Both the position numbers and the translations under genes were made by a program. From positions 1-39,381 of the forward strand of contig JTLS01000036.1 of the NCBI GenBank assembly GCA_000826855.1: DNA of 39,381 nt. The letters run 5' to 3'. The notes below the pieces were generated by a model. That model searched no databases. It worked only from the letters and a program-made list of their open reading frames with translations, and had not been told where the DNA came from. Below are positions 1 through 12,120 of this stretch, in pieces. The number at the start of each line of letters is the position of its first letter. The first letter of the stretch is position 1. This DNA is from Basidioascus undulatus (Eukaryota).

Positions 1-15
1 TCCTTCCCCACCTAG

Positions 16-946
16 CTAGCTACTTAGCATCTGTTCTTCCCTCCCGTTGTTGTTTCCCTGCCCGCCTCCGAACCCGCCGAGGCCGCCTCCCGACCCGAAG
101 CCCTGGCTGAAGCCACCACCTTGCCCTTGCCCCCCGCCCGACGCGAAGCCGAACCCTCCGCCAGCGCCCCCACCTTGGCCGAACCCGCCGCCTCCGCCCG
201 CACCGAACCCGCCGCCTCTGCCCGCACCGAGCCCGCCGCCCTGTCCTCCCTGCCCATCGTCCTGCCCATCTCCCCCAAAATCACCATCGTCGCCATTATC
301 GTTCCCATTCGCATCGCCCCCATCGTCCTGCCCATCATCCCCTCCAAAGGCCCCGGAGCCTTCGAAGTCCCCCCCTTGTCCCTGTCCGAATCCACCGCGC
401 CCTCCACCGTACTCCTTGCCCTTCTTGCCGTAGTGCTTGATGACAGGCTTCTTGTAGTGCTCCTCGCGGTGCGGCTGGATCTCCTTCTTGTGGAGCTGGA
501 GGACAGGGTTTAATAAGCTACAGTGAAGTTTCAAGTGCCATACATGGAAGATGGGACGTACCTCGTGGCCGCTTTGCTCAGTGTGGTGCTTGAAATGCTG
601 CAGCTCACAACCACGTCAGTACAGACTCAACTTCGTCAACACTAGTAGAAAAACCATCGCACGTTGTGCTCTTTCCCCTTCTTGTCGTGGGGCGTCTTGT
701 GCTATTTGTGGGTGTGACATCAGCCTGGCTCTGTGGTACATTGATTAAAGGGGGGCGGACCTTCTCATGCCCATGCTTCTTGTGCTCATGGTGCTTCTTC
801 CCATCTCGCCTCTCCACAAAGCCGTTGAGCTCGTGAGGCGGCCCTCCTGGGCTTCGGGCTGAGAGATGGTTCTCTTTGATTGGGGACGCCCTCGCCAAGC
901 TGGTTGCGGAGACGGCGAGGACGGCGAGGAGTAGAGCGCTTTGCAT
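16..946 (-). CDS. Secreted low-complexity protein: signal peptide, dibasic site, His/Lys-rich middle, Gly-rich (GGGFG/GQG) C-terminus; about 246 aa, 4 exons
   Basis: Exons 946-761, 701-663, 597-562 and 495-16 join in frame through three phase-0 GT-AG introns. Protein begins MQSALLLAVLAVSATSLARASP, continues ERRDGKKHHEHKKHGHEK|HKTPHDKKGKEHN|HFKHHTEQSGHE|LHKKEIQPHREEHYKK and ends in a Gly-rich tail. Confidence 0.85.
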
Positions 947-1055
947 GTTGGGGGTTGCGCAAGCAAGGATGCGGATTGGTGGAGAGTGTGCTCGGAGAAG
1001 AGAGGATGGAAGGGATGGGTGGATGAGATTTTGGTATTAGGCGGATACCGGGTAG

Positions 1056-1063
1056 TTTATATA
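1056..1063 (-). promoter_or_regulatory. Putative TATA box (TATATAAA) of the secreted Gly-rich protein gene
   Basis: Consensus TATATAAA on the minus strand, about 110 nt upstream of the ATG at 946. Confidence 0.55.
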
Positions 1064-1559
1064 CGGAGGACGAGGTTGACCCAGTCCGCTTTTGGCTGCA
1101 GGGCAGCGATAAGTGAACGAACAGCCATCCTGCGTCGCACGCCTGCCGCTACCGGCTTCAAACCTTTCTTGGGGTTGACCTACTCTGCTAAAATGCGGTG
1201 ATGTTTTCCGAACGTACCGATGTGCTGTCCATGGGCGGTATGCCAATGGAAGGCGACTTGGTAAAAGCGGTGCAGCCTCATCCGAACGCGGCGGAGACAA
1301 GCCTGAGTTCAACAAGTAGAAGGCCGCCGCGCCTGGGCAGTTCCTACCGTTCAACACGACTTGCACAGACGCTCATGGCTGTTCGTAAGCGTCGAGTACC
1401 TTTCTGTTCGTATTCAGACTATGACCAAGAACGGTCGCTCTGGCAGGCGAGGCCGCAAGCGTCAACATCCGCTCGCTGCTTAATGCACCATGCACTGCCT
1501 TCGTTCCATGCCATAACCGGGTACGACAACCTTCATATGCCTCAAGGAACCCGCAGCCA

Positions 1560-2489
1560 TCACAGCGCCCCACTCTTCCATTGCTCCTCCCTCTCGCCCA
1601 GCACCAGCAGCGCATCCTCCAACACCTCCTTCGGCCACAACTCCGCCTCCCTCACAACGTCGCAGTCCGGATCGCACAACCTCTCACAACACCTCCGAAC
1701 CAGCCTCTCCCACGTCCGCTGCTCCAACTCCGTCTGATCTGGTATGATCGTCGCGCCGCGCTCCGGAAAGCGAAGACGCCGCGCGCGGGACTGTGCGCGT
1801 TCAAGGAGTGCCAGTGAGCGGTGCAGGTGCTGGAGGTGCTGGTTGTCGGTCGCTAGGACGGAGTGGAGGATGTCGGAGGGGGTGCGAGGAGGAGTGGTTG
1901 CGGTGCTGGATTTTTTGGTGGAAGGAGGGGAAGATGCTGGCGAAGGGGGGAGGATGGGTATGCAGAGTCCGTTGTGGTGCAGTGCGTCTGTGAGCGCATT
2001 TTGCAAGTGCGAGAGCTCGTCGGACGTGAGGGCGAGTGTAGGCGGCGGAGACGGGCTGGACAGCGCCGGGGAGCGGTAGCCGTTCTTTACAGGCGAAGGT
2101 ATTTTGAAGAAGGATGGGGATCCGAGGCGCATGGTGCTTTTGGTGATTGAGGGAGACGAGAGCGAAGACGGAGAAGGAAGACGACCCACAAAATCGCGCT
2201 GCTTTTCAAGCTTTTTGCCCAGCCTTGCGGACCTTTCGCTTTGAATATTATGCCCAGCGTATCCCGCCATCGCGCACATTCCCTCGCTCCTCATGAGCGC
2301 GGGCGAAGGAAGGGTTCGGAAGCGGCTTCCCAGATTGTCACGCGGGGCGCTTGCGCAGGCGCGAAAAGCGAAACTCCCGCATGAGGATGAAACGCTCATG
2401 CTCGTCGCATCCTGGCGCATCTCTCTGAAGAGAGCGCGCTGCAGAATGTCCGCATGTTTATCAGAAGGCACGAAGGTCTGAACGGGCAT
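1560..2489 (-). CDS. Hypothetical protein (309 aa), Ser/Pro-rich middle and predicted helical C-terminal region
   Basis: Long uninterrupted ATG-initiated ORF with protein-like C-terminus (LQHLHRSLALLERAQSRARRL...LWPKEVLEDALLVL) and a TATATAAA about 100 nt upstream. No family recognised. Confidence 0.6.
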   Translation of the reverse strand: MPVQTFVPSDKHADILQRALFREMRQDATSMSVSSSCGSFAFRACASAPRDNLGSRFRTLPSPALMRSEGMCAMAGYAGHNIQSERSARLGKKLEKQRDFVGRLPSPSSLSSPSITKSTMRLGSPSFFKIPSPVKNGYRSPALSSPSPPPTLALTSDELSHLQNALTDALHHNGLCIPILPPSPASSPPSTKKSSTATTPPRTPSDILHSVLATDNQHLQHLHRSLALLERAQSRARRLRFPERGATIIPDQTELEQRTWERLVRRCCERLCDPDCDVVREAELWPKEVLEDALLVLGEREEQWKSGAL

Positions 2490-2586
2490 CGTGAACCTCC
2501 TATCACAAAGCCGGGCAACTTGTGTAAATGCATGTCAAAATCTCGAGGAAACACTGCAGCTGTCAGTTGAATGTGTACCACCCGCG

Positions 2587-2594
2587 TTTATATA
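2587..2594 (-). promoter_or_regulatory. Putative TATA box (TATATAAA) of the 1560-2489 gene
   Basis: Consensus motif about 100 nt upstream of the ATG at 2489. Confidence 0.5.
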
Positions 2595-3583
2595 GCACAA
2601 GATTAAGCTCCCCGGCGACATAGATGTTATACAGAAGTCAAACAGATTATTCCTTCCAAGTGAGGGCATGGATGAGCCTTGACGAGCAATGTTTTTGCCG
2701 CTTGAGGCAGCAGGCTACGCTGTGTACACACAGCTTGTTTGCCTTGTTACTGAGATCGAGATGACCAACTGAAGTTTACGTAGACTCATTGCTGGCTACT
2801 ATACCGAAGGCGGGCACTAGCGCTGAGGGGCTCCAGGCCTCGGAGAGCTGAGTCTGTGAAACCATACGCCTCACCTACTTGATCAACGTTTGTGCTTTCG
2901 AAGAGGCTTTCAAAGCTTAGAAGACAACGAGTGTACTCCTTCTAGTCGTCCTTCATTTCGAGCCCTTTCTCTTTTCACATCACTGAGTCACTCTTGACAG
3001 GCTCGCACAGGGCCGGTCCTCTCGTGAGGCCGTCCTTGTTGAAGGAGTTGAGGGCGTTTCGCAGCCTACACAGTCAGACTGGATCTGTAAAGGAGAACCT
3101 GGAGCTTGCGGATATGCAGAAAAATTGTGGGACGAGGGGTGTGACGAGGAGGCCACAGAGAGTGTGACCGCACGGGAGGTGAAGCGTGGAGCCGCTACAA
3201 ATATTGTGAACAGTGACGCTAAATTGCCAGTGTAGAAGCAACTTTCTCTCCCCAGTCCGTGAATATGAATTCAAAACGGAGTCGCACTAATTGGCTGCCC
3301 ACGAACAACAGTAGTCGTTGGTCGGCTGCACTGCACAAATGCCGAAATGTTCGCTGATAAGCAGTCGTCCTCCTGACCGGCAATACGTACAGGCCAAGGC
3401 CGTAAACTCAAATATCGGAACGAGGGATCAATCAAAAGGATGCTGGCCTTCAACAGAAATCGGATCACAGCCCCGAGGCTGTGCCTGTGCCTGTGCGATA
3501 AGCCAGGAAGCCGCTGCCCGTGATTCAGGATCACAACTTGGTCCCGCACAACGTTCATCCCGCCCCATCTCCTTTCTCACCCA

Positions 3584-4474
3584 ATGCACTACCTCGAATC
3601 CAAAAAAGCTCACACTACCCGATCTGGTTCCAGAGCTCATTCAGATTGATATCTGCTCCTTTCTCGAACCTAGCGACATTCGCGTTTTCTCGCTCGTTTC
3701 ACACCATGCCCGGGCTCTCGTGCTGTCGAGTCTCTTCGGCAGAACAAGGACGATGGTCCTCAGCTCGCGCACAGTGGGAGTGGATTGGACGTTGGGATAC
3801 TGGGGAGGAATTAAGGTGAACGATAAGATGCCACCACTCCGTTGACAAGAGCGCTTCAGGTGGTAGGCTGAACATAAGCGACGATCGTCCAGATCGCTGC
3901 GCATCGAAGCGGACTACTGGCCAACATTTCGGCATTCGTCCACCCCTGATCACTCTATGAGGCTGTTCCGCGCCCTCAGCTCACTGCACAACCTCGAGCG
4001 CCTCTCCTTCCGCAGTACGGAGGGCTCGTGGCCTTTTCGGATCTCCTCGCCACCGTGTCCTTCAGCCAACGTCTTTCCAAGCTGCGCACACTCGAGCTCA
4101 ACATTCACTGGGAGTCTGTTCTGGACTAGGTACCACGTTGAGGCACGTGTGGGTAAGACCACACGCATGGCTCCAGACGACTGCAAGAATTCCGTGCGGC
4201 AGACTTGGAAGGTGCTCAGGATTCCAAGAGCGCATCCAGTTGCGGACAGTGCACCCGGAGCAGGTCAAGCGGACTCGTGTGCATGACCGGGACCTCCCCC
4301 CTTCCATTCACCTCCCCTGCTTGCATCGACCAAGGCTCAACTCGCTCGTACTCACCCTTTAAAAGCACCAGTCCCGGGGTGTGTTTGCTGCAGATGGTCG
4401 AGGTTGAGGATGAAGACGCCGAAACGGAAGCAACGTCTGAGCTTCACCTGTCCTCGTGGCTTTGTCACACGTGA
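3584..4474 (+). pseudogene. Degraded F-box / LRR-like (RNI-like) protein gene
   Basis: F-box-like motif LPDLVPELIQIDICSFLEPSDIRVFSLVSHHARALV. Downstream LRR-like pieces (LSSLHNLERLSF, LRTLELNI, PRLNSLVLTL) lie in different frames with stops. The ATG at 3584 is out of frame with the F-box. Boundaries approximate. Confidence 0.55.
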
Positions 4475-6386
4475 CCGCGGGCGTATCGTCAGGGAGATGA
4501 CCTCATTTTGAGCAGCGAACGCGAAGGTATTTGCACGCGTATGCTTTCTTCAACACACTTCAGACACTTTCAAGCAGAGGCTGCATTTTATGTCAATTTC
4601 TTAATGCGAACCAGCAACGCCGTCAGTAGTAGTAAGCGAGCGGGCGTGCCGTCCTCCTCCCGAACCTCGCTCCCTCGCTCGCTCAGCCTCTGAATCAACC
4701 TCCGATGCCTCCCTCTCTCTTTATTTCTCCCTCACCTCCTGCTCCACAGCTCTTCACCCCTTTGTGTGTTCTAACTTCAACGCCGCCCATACTTTTCCCT
4801 TTCATCCGACTTCATCCGTGTCCCTACCCGCCCGAGCCCCCTTTTCTTTCAACGTCCTTGCCTTTTTCTCTTCAACGTCGGCTGCATCTGCGCACTTGAC
4901 ATAGTTTCGTTGGTGCAGCTAATCAGCGAGCAGTACCTCTTATCAGACCGGTAGCTTCCTGGTTCCTCCCTCCCCTTTCTACAAATTGGGTGCCTCCGCG
5001 CACTCAACGCCTCCTTCTTCCCTCTTCCGTTCGGCTCTAAGTGCCTCCGAGTACCATCGCGCCGTGGCTGTCTTTCCCCGTGGGAATCTGCTACATTCAG
5101 AGGACGAGTACCTCTGTGCACTCACCCTTGCCACTCCATGCGGCTCCTCTGGTGGCTAGCGGGCCTTTCCACACACGCACCCCCCTCCATTGTTTCCCCG
5201 TTCCTCATTCTCGAGTACCTCAACTCACTCGATCACTTCCCTTGGTCTCTATTGGCCTACGTATCTTAGGTCAAGTATCTCTTTCCCAAGGCATATCACG
5301 TTTCCCACCTCGTGTTCCCAGTGAAGGCGGCTCCGCTGCGGGCAAGTGCCTCGTTGCACATGCACACTTTCTCATCTCCACTTTCTTTCCTCCTGCTCAA
5401 GTCAGGTCCTTGTTTACTCCGAGGTTCACACATTCGGAAATTTCGCACCTGACTGTACCCACGAGGGGGGTGCCGACGCAGAGACAGTTCGAAGCCGGTT
5501 GTAGCACGCGCCTTCTACCGACTGCAAAAAGACATTCAGCCTTGACGTGCCCAGCGCGCGAAGTCCCCCTGTCGAGGCTGCCGGTACAGAAGTATAGATG
5601 GTGAAGATAGGGGTGGCGAGCGCTTAAGTGGCCGGCTGGTCAGTTAACAGACTGTTGGAAGTGTTGAGCGCGGAGGATGGCAGTGAGCAGGGCCGAAAGG
5701 CCCAGTTTCTGAAGGCCCAAGACGAGCATGGGGTGACGATGGCAGACCAAGAAAACACAGCCATATATGAGTAAAGACGACCATGAAGGCCCTCGTCCGA
5801 TATGCTGCTCAGGGGACCATGCGGCGAGTAGATAAAACAATTCGTAAGGTTGCATACAAACGGGAAGGGACAAAGATAACTTGTTTGAAAGAGCACTTGT
5901 GCAGAGGGACCGCAACGTATGTACCACCGCTGTCTCGGTATACATGAATCGTGACGGGTGCACAAGCTCCTGATTGATGCGCGGCACCGCCGCAACACTG
6001 CGCACTTGACGGTCCTCTTTTCCGCCGTCGAGTGCTTTCAGGCACTCGTATTGTCAATAGTTCTTATTTAGTGTTCAACTGCTCCTTGGACACATGAAGC
6101 TGGCTATGAATTGTCTTTTGCCCGAAGCTTTCCTTGCTATAGCCCAGTGGTCGTCGCACTGCAAGCCACTATGGTCTCAAAGAGGACCGCTTGCAGTTAG
6201 GCATTCAATGTCATTCGATCCAAGCTAACACGCTCACGCATGTAGCTGATAATATGTTTTCACTCGTCCGCCTACGTTGTCCCTCCTTTACAGAGCATCA
6301 TATGACTGCATGGTAGACTGATAGACATGCATGGTCTATGGTACAATATCTGATTCAGGGAACGAGCGCTTCTCTACTGCTCCCCT

Positions 6387-7111
6387 TCAAAAGCGGAAAT
6401 GTACGTTAGATTTGACGATAAACTGCTGCCCCTGCGGCTCTCGCATCAAGCACGCGTACGCCCGCTCCTTATCCCCGAACCACATCTGCCCAGGATTCTC
6501 CCACCCCATCCGCTCATACAGACCTATAACGTCCGCGCGCGCTTCAATGTAGCAGGGCAATCTATCCGCGTCCGCACCGGTTGCAACCCTATGCGAGCGC
6601 AGTCGACGCCCCGCCAAGGCCCTGGTGGTCCGGGTGCGTGAAGACGCCCATCTGGTCTAAACTTCCCAAGTAAAATCAGGCATGGCCTCAAAGATGGAAG
6701 ACAAATGTTTGGTCAACTCACGCTCGATAGTGATGCCGCCCGCCCATAAGTTCTTTGTATTTCTCCCATAGCGCCCTCCGAAAAGCCCTCTGCTTCACCA
6801 GCACCTTCTCATCCATCCCCTCCGGCCCATTCCACTCCTGGTACCCCGGTATCCCGTTCCGCTACCCCTCACCAACGGGCAGCCCCCACGTCGCAGGTGT
6901 GATGATCTCCCCCGTGTCGTCTCGCACAACCTTGAGTAAAGCTGTGCGTTCTTCGCGCTCGATTAGCTGAAGGAATTGCCCGGCGCCCCAAGAGATGCGC
7001 CCCTCTGTCGGGGAACCGTCCTTGAAGGCCAGGATGGGAGAGGAGCGTGATGGTCCGCGCGTCGGTGGGCGTGGCGGGGGAGACTGTGAGCGTTGGGCGG
7101 GAGGAGGTCAT
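6387..7111 (-). pseudogene. GNAT-family N-acetyltransferase pseudogene
   Basis: Acetyl-CoA motif A VFTHPDHQGLGGAS, then ADADRLPCYIEA...IGLYERMGW...LMREPQ, and N-terminal pieces (LTVSPATPTD, LLKVVRDDTGEII). In-frame TAG at 6862-6864 and 6589-6591, and frameshifts near 7030 and 6576. Confidence 0.75.
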
Positions 7112-7711
7112 CGTCAAGTCAGGAGAAGCTCGCGTGTATCTGCAAGGTTTGAGAGTAAGGGCGGTGTAATGACTTGAGTGAAATAAGCCCGGCAAAAAAT
7201 GAGATACACCTGACGGAGGAGCGAGATGGGGTGGTTGCTTATCGCACCATGAGGGTCACGGTCTTGGAGACTGCGTGCTCCCTTGCACTTTCCGTTGTCA
7301 GCCGCACGCGCTCTCAACCACGTGAAGTTCCTGACACACAAATACCACCCAGAGCTTCCATTCATATCAAAATGGTTTGGGAAGGTTCTGAAGCTGGGAC
7401 ACAGGCAAACGACAGGCTCCTGCTTTGGTTGCAGTCAGCGCCGTGTCGGCGCTCTCGTCTTGGTCCCTCAGTGAATTGGCATTTGAGAGAAAGCAACGAG
7501 GTTCAACTATGCGGTAGCACAGGAATATTGTCTTGCAACCTGCATTAGTGAAATGGTGAAAACCACACTGTTTGGCACCCGACTATTAACTGCTAATCAG
7601 CATGACTTCATTGCCTGCTTATCGCCGACAGCGACCACTCCGGCCTTCCCACCGTCGCGTCTTCGACGTTGCCTTCCACGTTCACAACGCCCAACCCAAA
7701 GCATTCTCGTC

Positions 7712-8667
7712 ATGGCCGCATCCGCTAACGCCGGCGCCCTGCGCCCTCTGACCGCTCCGCCCGCTTCGATTTCCCCGTCCGACCACAGCACCCTAACCTC
7801 GGCCACTCCGTCGTCGTTCACGACCATTCCGCCCGTCCTGCGCCGCCTGGAGGACAACGTGCGGATTACATTCGAGCCGGCGCCGGAGGGCATCAATGTT
7901 GAGGGGGAGGGAATGCTCTTTGTCACCGAAGCGTGCGTCTTACCTCCGCTATACTATGGGAGGTGGAGCTGACGGACGCGCGGGCGACAGCGAGCTTTCG
8001 TTCTTCACCAACGCTCTGACCGGATTCGCTCTCCCGTATCCTTCCATCACCCTTCATGCGGTCTCCCGCGACCCCGAGGGCGGCGCGCCCTGCATCTACT
8101 GCCAGCTCGATGAGCGGGATCCGTCTCTACCGGAGCCTGCGGAGGACGAGGAAATCGAGACCCGGGAGATGCGGATCGTTCCCTCCGATCCTGCTGCGCG
8201 TGCGTCCGTTTTCTAATTATCAAGTGTCTTTGCTGAAAGCTCTATGACTTCGTAGTGGAGCCGATTTTCGAGGCTCTGTCGTACTGCGCTTCGCTGCACC
8301 CGGACAAGTACGGCAACCAGTCTGACGAAGAGCGCTTCGACGACTTTGGCGGGATGCCGGGCGCGGACGACGAGGATGAGGCGGACATGACTGAGCTCGG
8401 CCGGGTGCGCAGCGATTTCGCTACACCCTCCACGAGGTTCGCGCCGTATTAATTCTATTCGATTCGTGCTATGTCCCTTCAAAGGCTGCGCTGGCCCAGT
8501 TGGAGTCGATCATCGAGTGGCCGGCTGGCATGCGGCTACCGCGGGATGAAGAGGCGGAGGGAAGTCAAGAAGGGCAGGGTGCTCGGGAAGACGAGCAGAA
8601 GGAAGAGGGCGCCGCGCTGCTTACCAATGGCGCGACCAGTGACAAGCCTTTGCCCAATGGCATCTGA
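7712..8667 (+). CDS. ICln / Lot5-like (Voldacs domain) Sm-assembly chaperone homologue; two possible C-termini (stop at 8452 or 8667)
   Basis: Exons 7712-7932, 7991-8199, then 8256-8404 plus 8485-8667, or 8256-8452 with the last intron retained. Family motifs GMLFVTE, ITLHAVSR, PCIYCQL, IFEALSYCASLHPD, acidic patches, TELGR|AALAQLESII. Confidence 0.85.
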
Positions 8668-9187
8668 ATGCAACATTGTGAACTGTTGTGTTGGGTGTTC
8701 CGAGGCGGCTAGATCTCCTAGTTTGAAGAAAGCGTCGACATCGTCTGTGTTCTTAGTGCGTTGGATCTGCGGAGCGGTCACCATTGAAAGGACAATCTTG
8801 CCTTATGGTCGTTTCAGTGAAGAGTGGCAATACAGTGGATGTAAGTTACAGCTTATTGGAGAACTGAAATTTTGTCACCGCAAACAAGATGCGGTACTTG
8901 AGCTAGTGCGGTTCGCGTTGCCAGCTATTCGTAAAGAAGCAGACCAGTTGATGACAGCGTTACTTGTATTTAGATGTAGAAGAACAACGTGAAGGTAGCG
9001 CAGAAAAGAGGTATTGGGGCGGGGTGGACAGAACAACAAGCAACGCACTATGCGATGGGGCCAAAACGAGGAAAACGACGGATACTGAACTAATGATTGA
9101 CTGCGATAAGTCCACTCTAAGCACGCTGCGCCTCAGCCGTCCGGACCTCAGAGGCCCGACCGAACCCGTCACCAGATCCCGTCCACT

Positions 9188-10279
9188 TCAACTCCGTCCC
9201 GTCAGCCGGCTGAGCAGGACAGCGGCGAGGAGGAGCAGCGCCCACCGCCAGCGCTCCCACGCCGTTCGCGGCCTCTCCACCTCGCCCCCTACTGCCCCGC
9301 CGGCCGCTGCCGGTGGTGGTGCGGCGACGGGGGGTGGAGCGGAGGCGGGCGGGTTGAAGCTGGGAAGGGGGATGGGTCCGCCGGCGTCGAGGATGGAGTC
9401 GAGGGTGCGGGTAGCGGTAGGGTCAAGGAGATCGGAGAACACCTGTGGCGAGGGTACGCGTTCGTGAGCGCTGGTGCGAGGGTAAACACGCGAAGAGAGC
9501 GGGCCAGACGCACCTCAGTGAACTTCCGGTTCTTTGAAGGCTCGCGGTTCCACTCTCTACTCCGCGCAGCAAAGACCCGCCTCTCCGCCGCCGTCGATCG
9601 TATCGCGCCGGTGGTCATCTCCTCGTCGAGCATGAACGACAGCAGGCCTGGAGAGCCAACCAGAGTGAGCTTCGACAGCGAGCGCGACAGGGGTAGAGCA
9701 GGCGATCGTACCAGTCAGGATGGTCGATACCGACCAGGCCGGGTTCCATGAGCCGGGATGGAAGTCGCTCATGGACGTGCAGAGCCTGTGACCAGAGTCA
9801 GTGAAGAAGGTCGGGAGGCGGGTTATTTAGGTGAGCGGTCCTACTTGCGGTCCGGTTGGAAGCGGCCGGAAGGGGTGTACATTTCTGCATTGGAGCGCGT
9901 GAGCTCCTCACTCGGCCACACCGAAATACAACAAGACGCACTGATCCCAGGCGGCGCAAAGGGGTAGCTCGGAGGAAACATCAGGATGCCTGCTCATCCC
10001 ACTCATCAGCCACCGCGTCCCTGCCGCTCAGCGCGCCGACCGTGAGACGCACCATGGTACTCCCCTCCCTCATACGGACTCCCCGGTGGTCCTCGCAGGA
10101 CGTAATGCCAGTTAAGGAGATTGGACTCCTCCGGGCGCGCGTAGACGTACGGCGGCGGATTCGCCTCCATCGACGCCTGCTCTTTCATGAGGCGCTTCTT
10201 GGCGGTTGCGGAGGCCTGCGAGACAAAATGTCGTCAGCATCCCCGATATCTCGCACTCAGAAGTACTGCGACTGACCAT
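9188..10279 (-). CDS. UBC6: Tail-anchored ER ubiquitin-conjugating enzyme E2 (Ubc6/UBE2J2 class), 7 coding exons
   Basis: [13 protein letters not shown]...[24 protein letters not shown]...[52 protein letters not shown], plus a hydrophobic C-terminal tail. All splice phases are consistent; the ATG (10279-10277) is followed directly by intron 10276-10216. Confidence 0.93.
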
Positions 10280-10849
10280 GAGTGACAGAGTTGCGTAGAA
10301 GTGAGGGAGGAGGTCGGGAGCGACGGTGGGGTGTGGACAACGGTCGAACGACCTGTGGCGCGGAGAGCGGACCGAGGCAAGTCGGGTCGCACGTGCTTCC
10401 TATCCAAGCGCAAGGCATACACGAGAGACTGCGTCGTTTCGGCCCAGGCACAAGTGTAGAACTGACTATATTTAAGACGGTACAAATAGCCTGAGGTTAC
10501 GAAAACAAACGTACTCAAGAGACACGGAGACCGTTAGATCTGGACATCGATGTCGTCTCGGGGGTGCCCTCGAATGCGCGGCAGTCTTTGCTTCGACCCA
10601 ACTATCCACTTGTTTCCACGTTCCCATCATCGAAACTTACAGCGGAGCGTTTGAACCACTAGAACGATGTTTACTCGTATTGTATTTGAAAGTGGTATGT
10701 TGCACAGGATAGAACTGCAAGAGCATCCTTCCTCCTTTCGCAGGTCCGAGGCACGCTCCTCCCCCCTAGTTCTGATGATTGTCAACCCATACCAGTACAC
10801 ACGAGAGAACAACGCAAATTCTGATATATTGCGCCCATCCGCAGCCTTT

Positions 10850-12120
10850 CCCATCCTCCGTCGTAGCCACGGTCACCAACACTCCCCGCTTCCCTCATGT
10901 CCCTGGTAGGTCCCATCGTTGCTGCGCAGAATTTTTGCCAACTTCATGTCGCTACTTCAACGGGTCTCTGAGCCCTGGAAAGTGTCGAGCGAACTTCTCG
11001 CAGTTCTCATGGACATGGAGGTGCGTCAAGCGTCTGAACGGAAGAAGACGTTCAATGAGAAACTGGAAAGGGTTATGTTAGTTCATTTGAGGAGGCTATC
11101 CATTGAGGAAGCCTCACCGAAAGATTTGCGATCTCGTCATCGTCCTCATCTCCTTCTTCGTACGGGCAGGCTTGCGGGGCCGATAGCGCTTCGAGCAAAG
11201 GTCCCGCTGGGCCAACAGATCGAAAAAATGCGTCCTGGTAGAACGTTTCGAGGCGGTTGAATCGATGGGGAGGGGCACGGATTCGAGAGAATGTTCCGTT
11301 ACCCGTGTGATGGTGGACATTGTGCAAAACAAGCTCCCGAAGATTGGGTTGGCGGGCGATCAAGTTCGACAAGAAATTCGCCTCAAATAGAATATCGTGA
11401 AGTCTGAGGACCGTCAAGTGGGTGGAGAGTGTTGAGACGGTTTGAGCATCGAGGATGCTGGATAACGGCAAGTGCTGAGTACGCAAGCCATAATTGGAGT
11501 ATGCGAGAGATAACTCCTCCAGGTTGGGGTTGGATGAGATGATCGAACGTATCTGTGAAGCAAGCGGCGAGGCAAGGAGGATGGGGCCGGACACCGTGAA
11601 GGACTGGAGAGCGGACACGCGCGATACAGGCGCGGTCTTGACGGCACCTTCGACCGGCGCGTCATCGCGTAAAGAGCCTGAAGCGTGGATTGAACTTTCA
11701 TAGCGTTCCGGACGCTTGCGCGGTCTTGAGCAACTCCGAGAGGTACATGAGCATGTCAGACGACACTTTGTCTGTGTGACGGGGCCAGCGTGACACAGGC
11801 GCGTACTCAAACTTCAGCTCTTGAAGATTGAAGCACTTGTGAATAACTTCCTTGGCAAGGCGTCGAAGGATTTAGATGGACTCAGCCCCTTCAATGGGCG
11901 AATGAGAGCGCACGCACGAGTCCGCCGCGTGAGGAACGTCCTGTCGAGCGCGTGAGTGAAGGCCGCCACGCGCAGGACAGCCTGTAAGACAACATATTTC
12001 ATGCGAGAGCTATTGCAAGGCAGTCCCGAACAGGCAGATGTGTGTGCGAGGATGTCGATGAGAACTTCCGCAGGGAGCGTGGTTATGGTGCGAGATCGGC
12101 TAGTCGCAATAGAAGATGAC
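10850..12120 (-). pseudogene. F-box / LRR-like protein gene, probably degraded
   Basis: N-terminal ITTLPAEVLIDILAH (F-box-like) has no nearby in-frame ATG. LRR-like segments NPNLEELSL, HLTVLRLHDI, QPNLRELVLHNV, FNRLETF occur in ORF 11073-11810, with stops in flanking segments. Boundaries approximate. Confidence 0.5.

Noticed and set aside
47..433. Pro-rich extensin-like plus-strand ORF
   Set aside because: Antisense reading of the Gly codons of the minus-strand secreted gene; no ATG start or signal peptide.
4700..5400. Pyrimidine-rich region and ORF 5041-5604
   Set aside because: Low-complexity composition, non-ATG start and no protein-like features.
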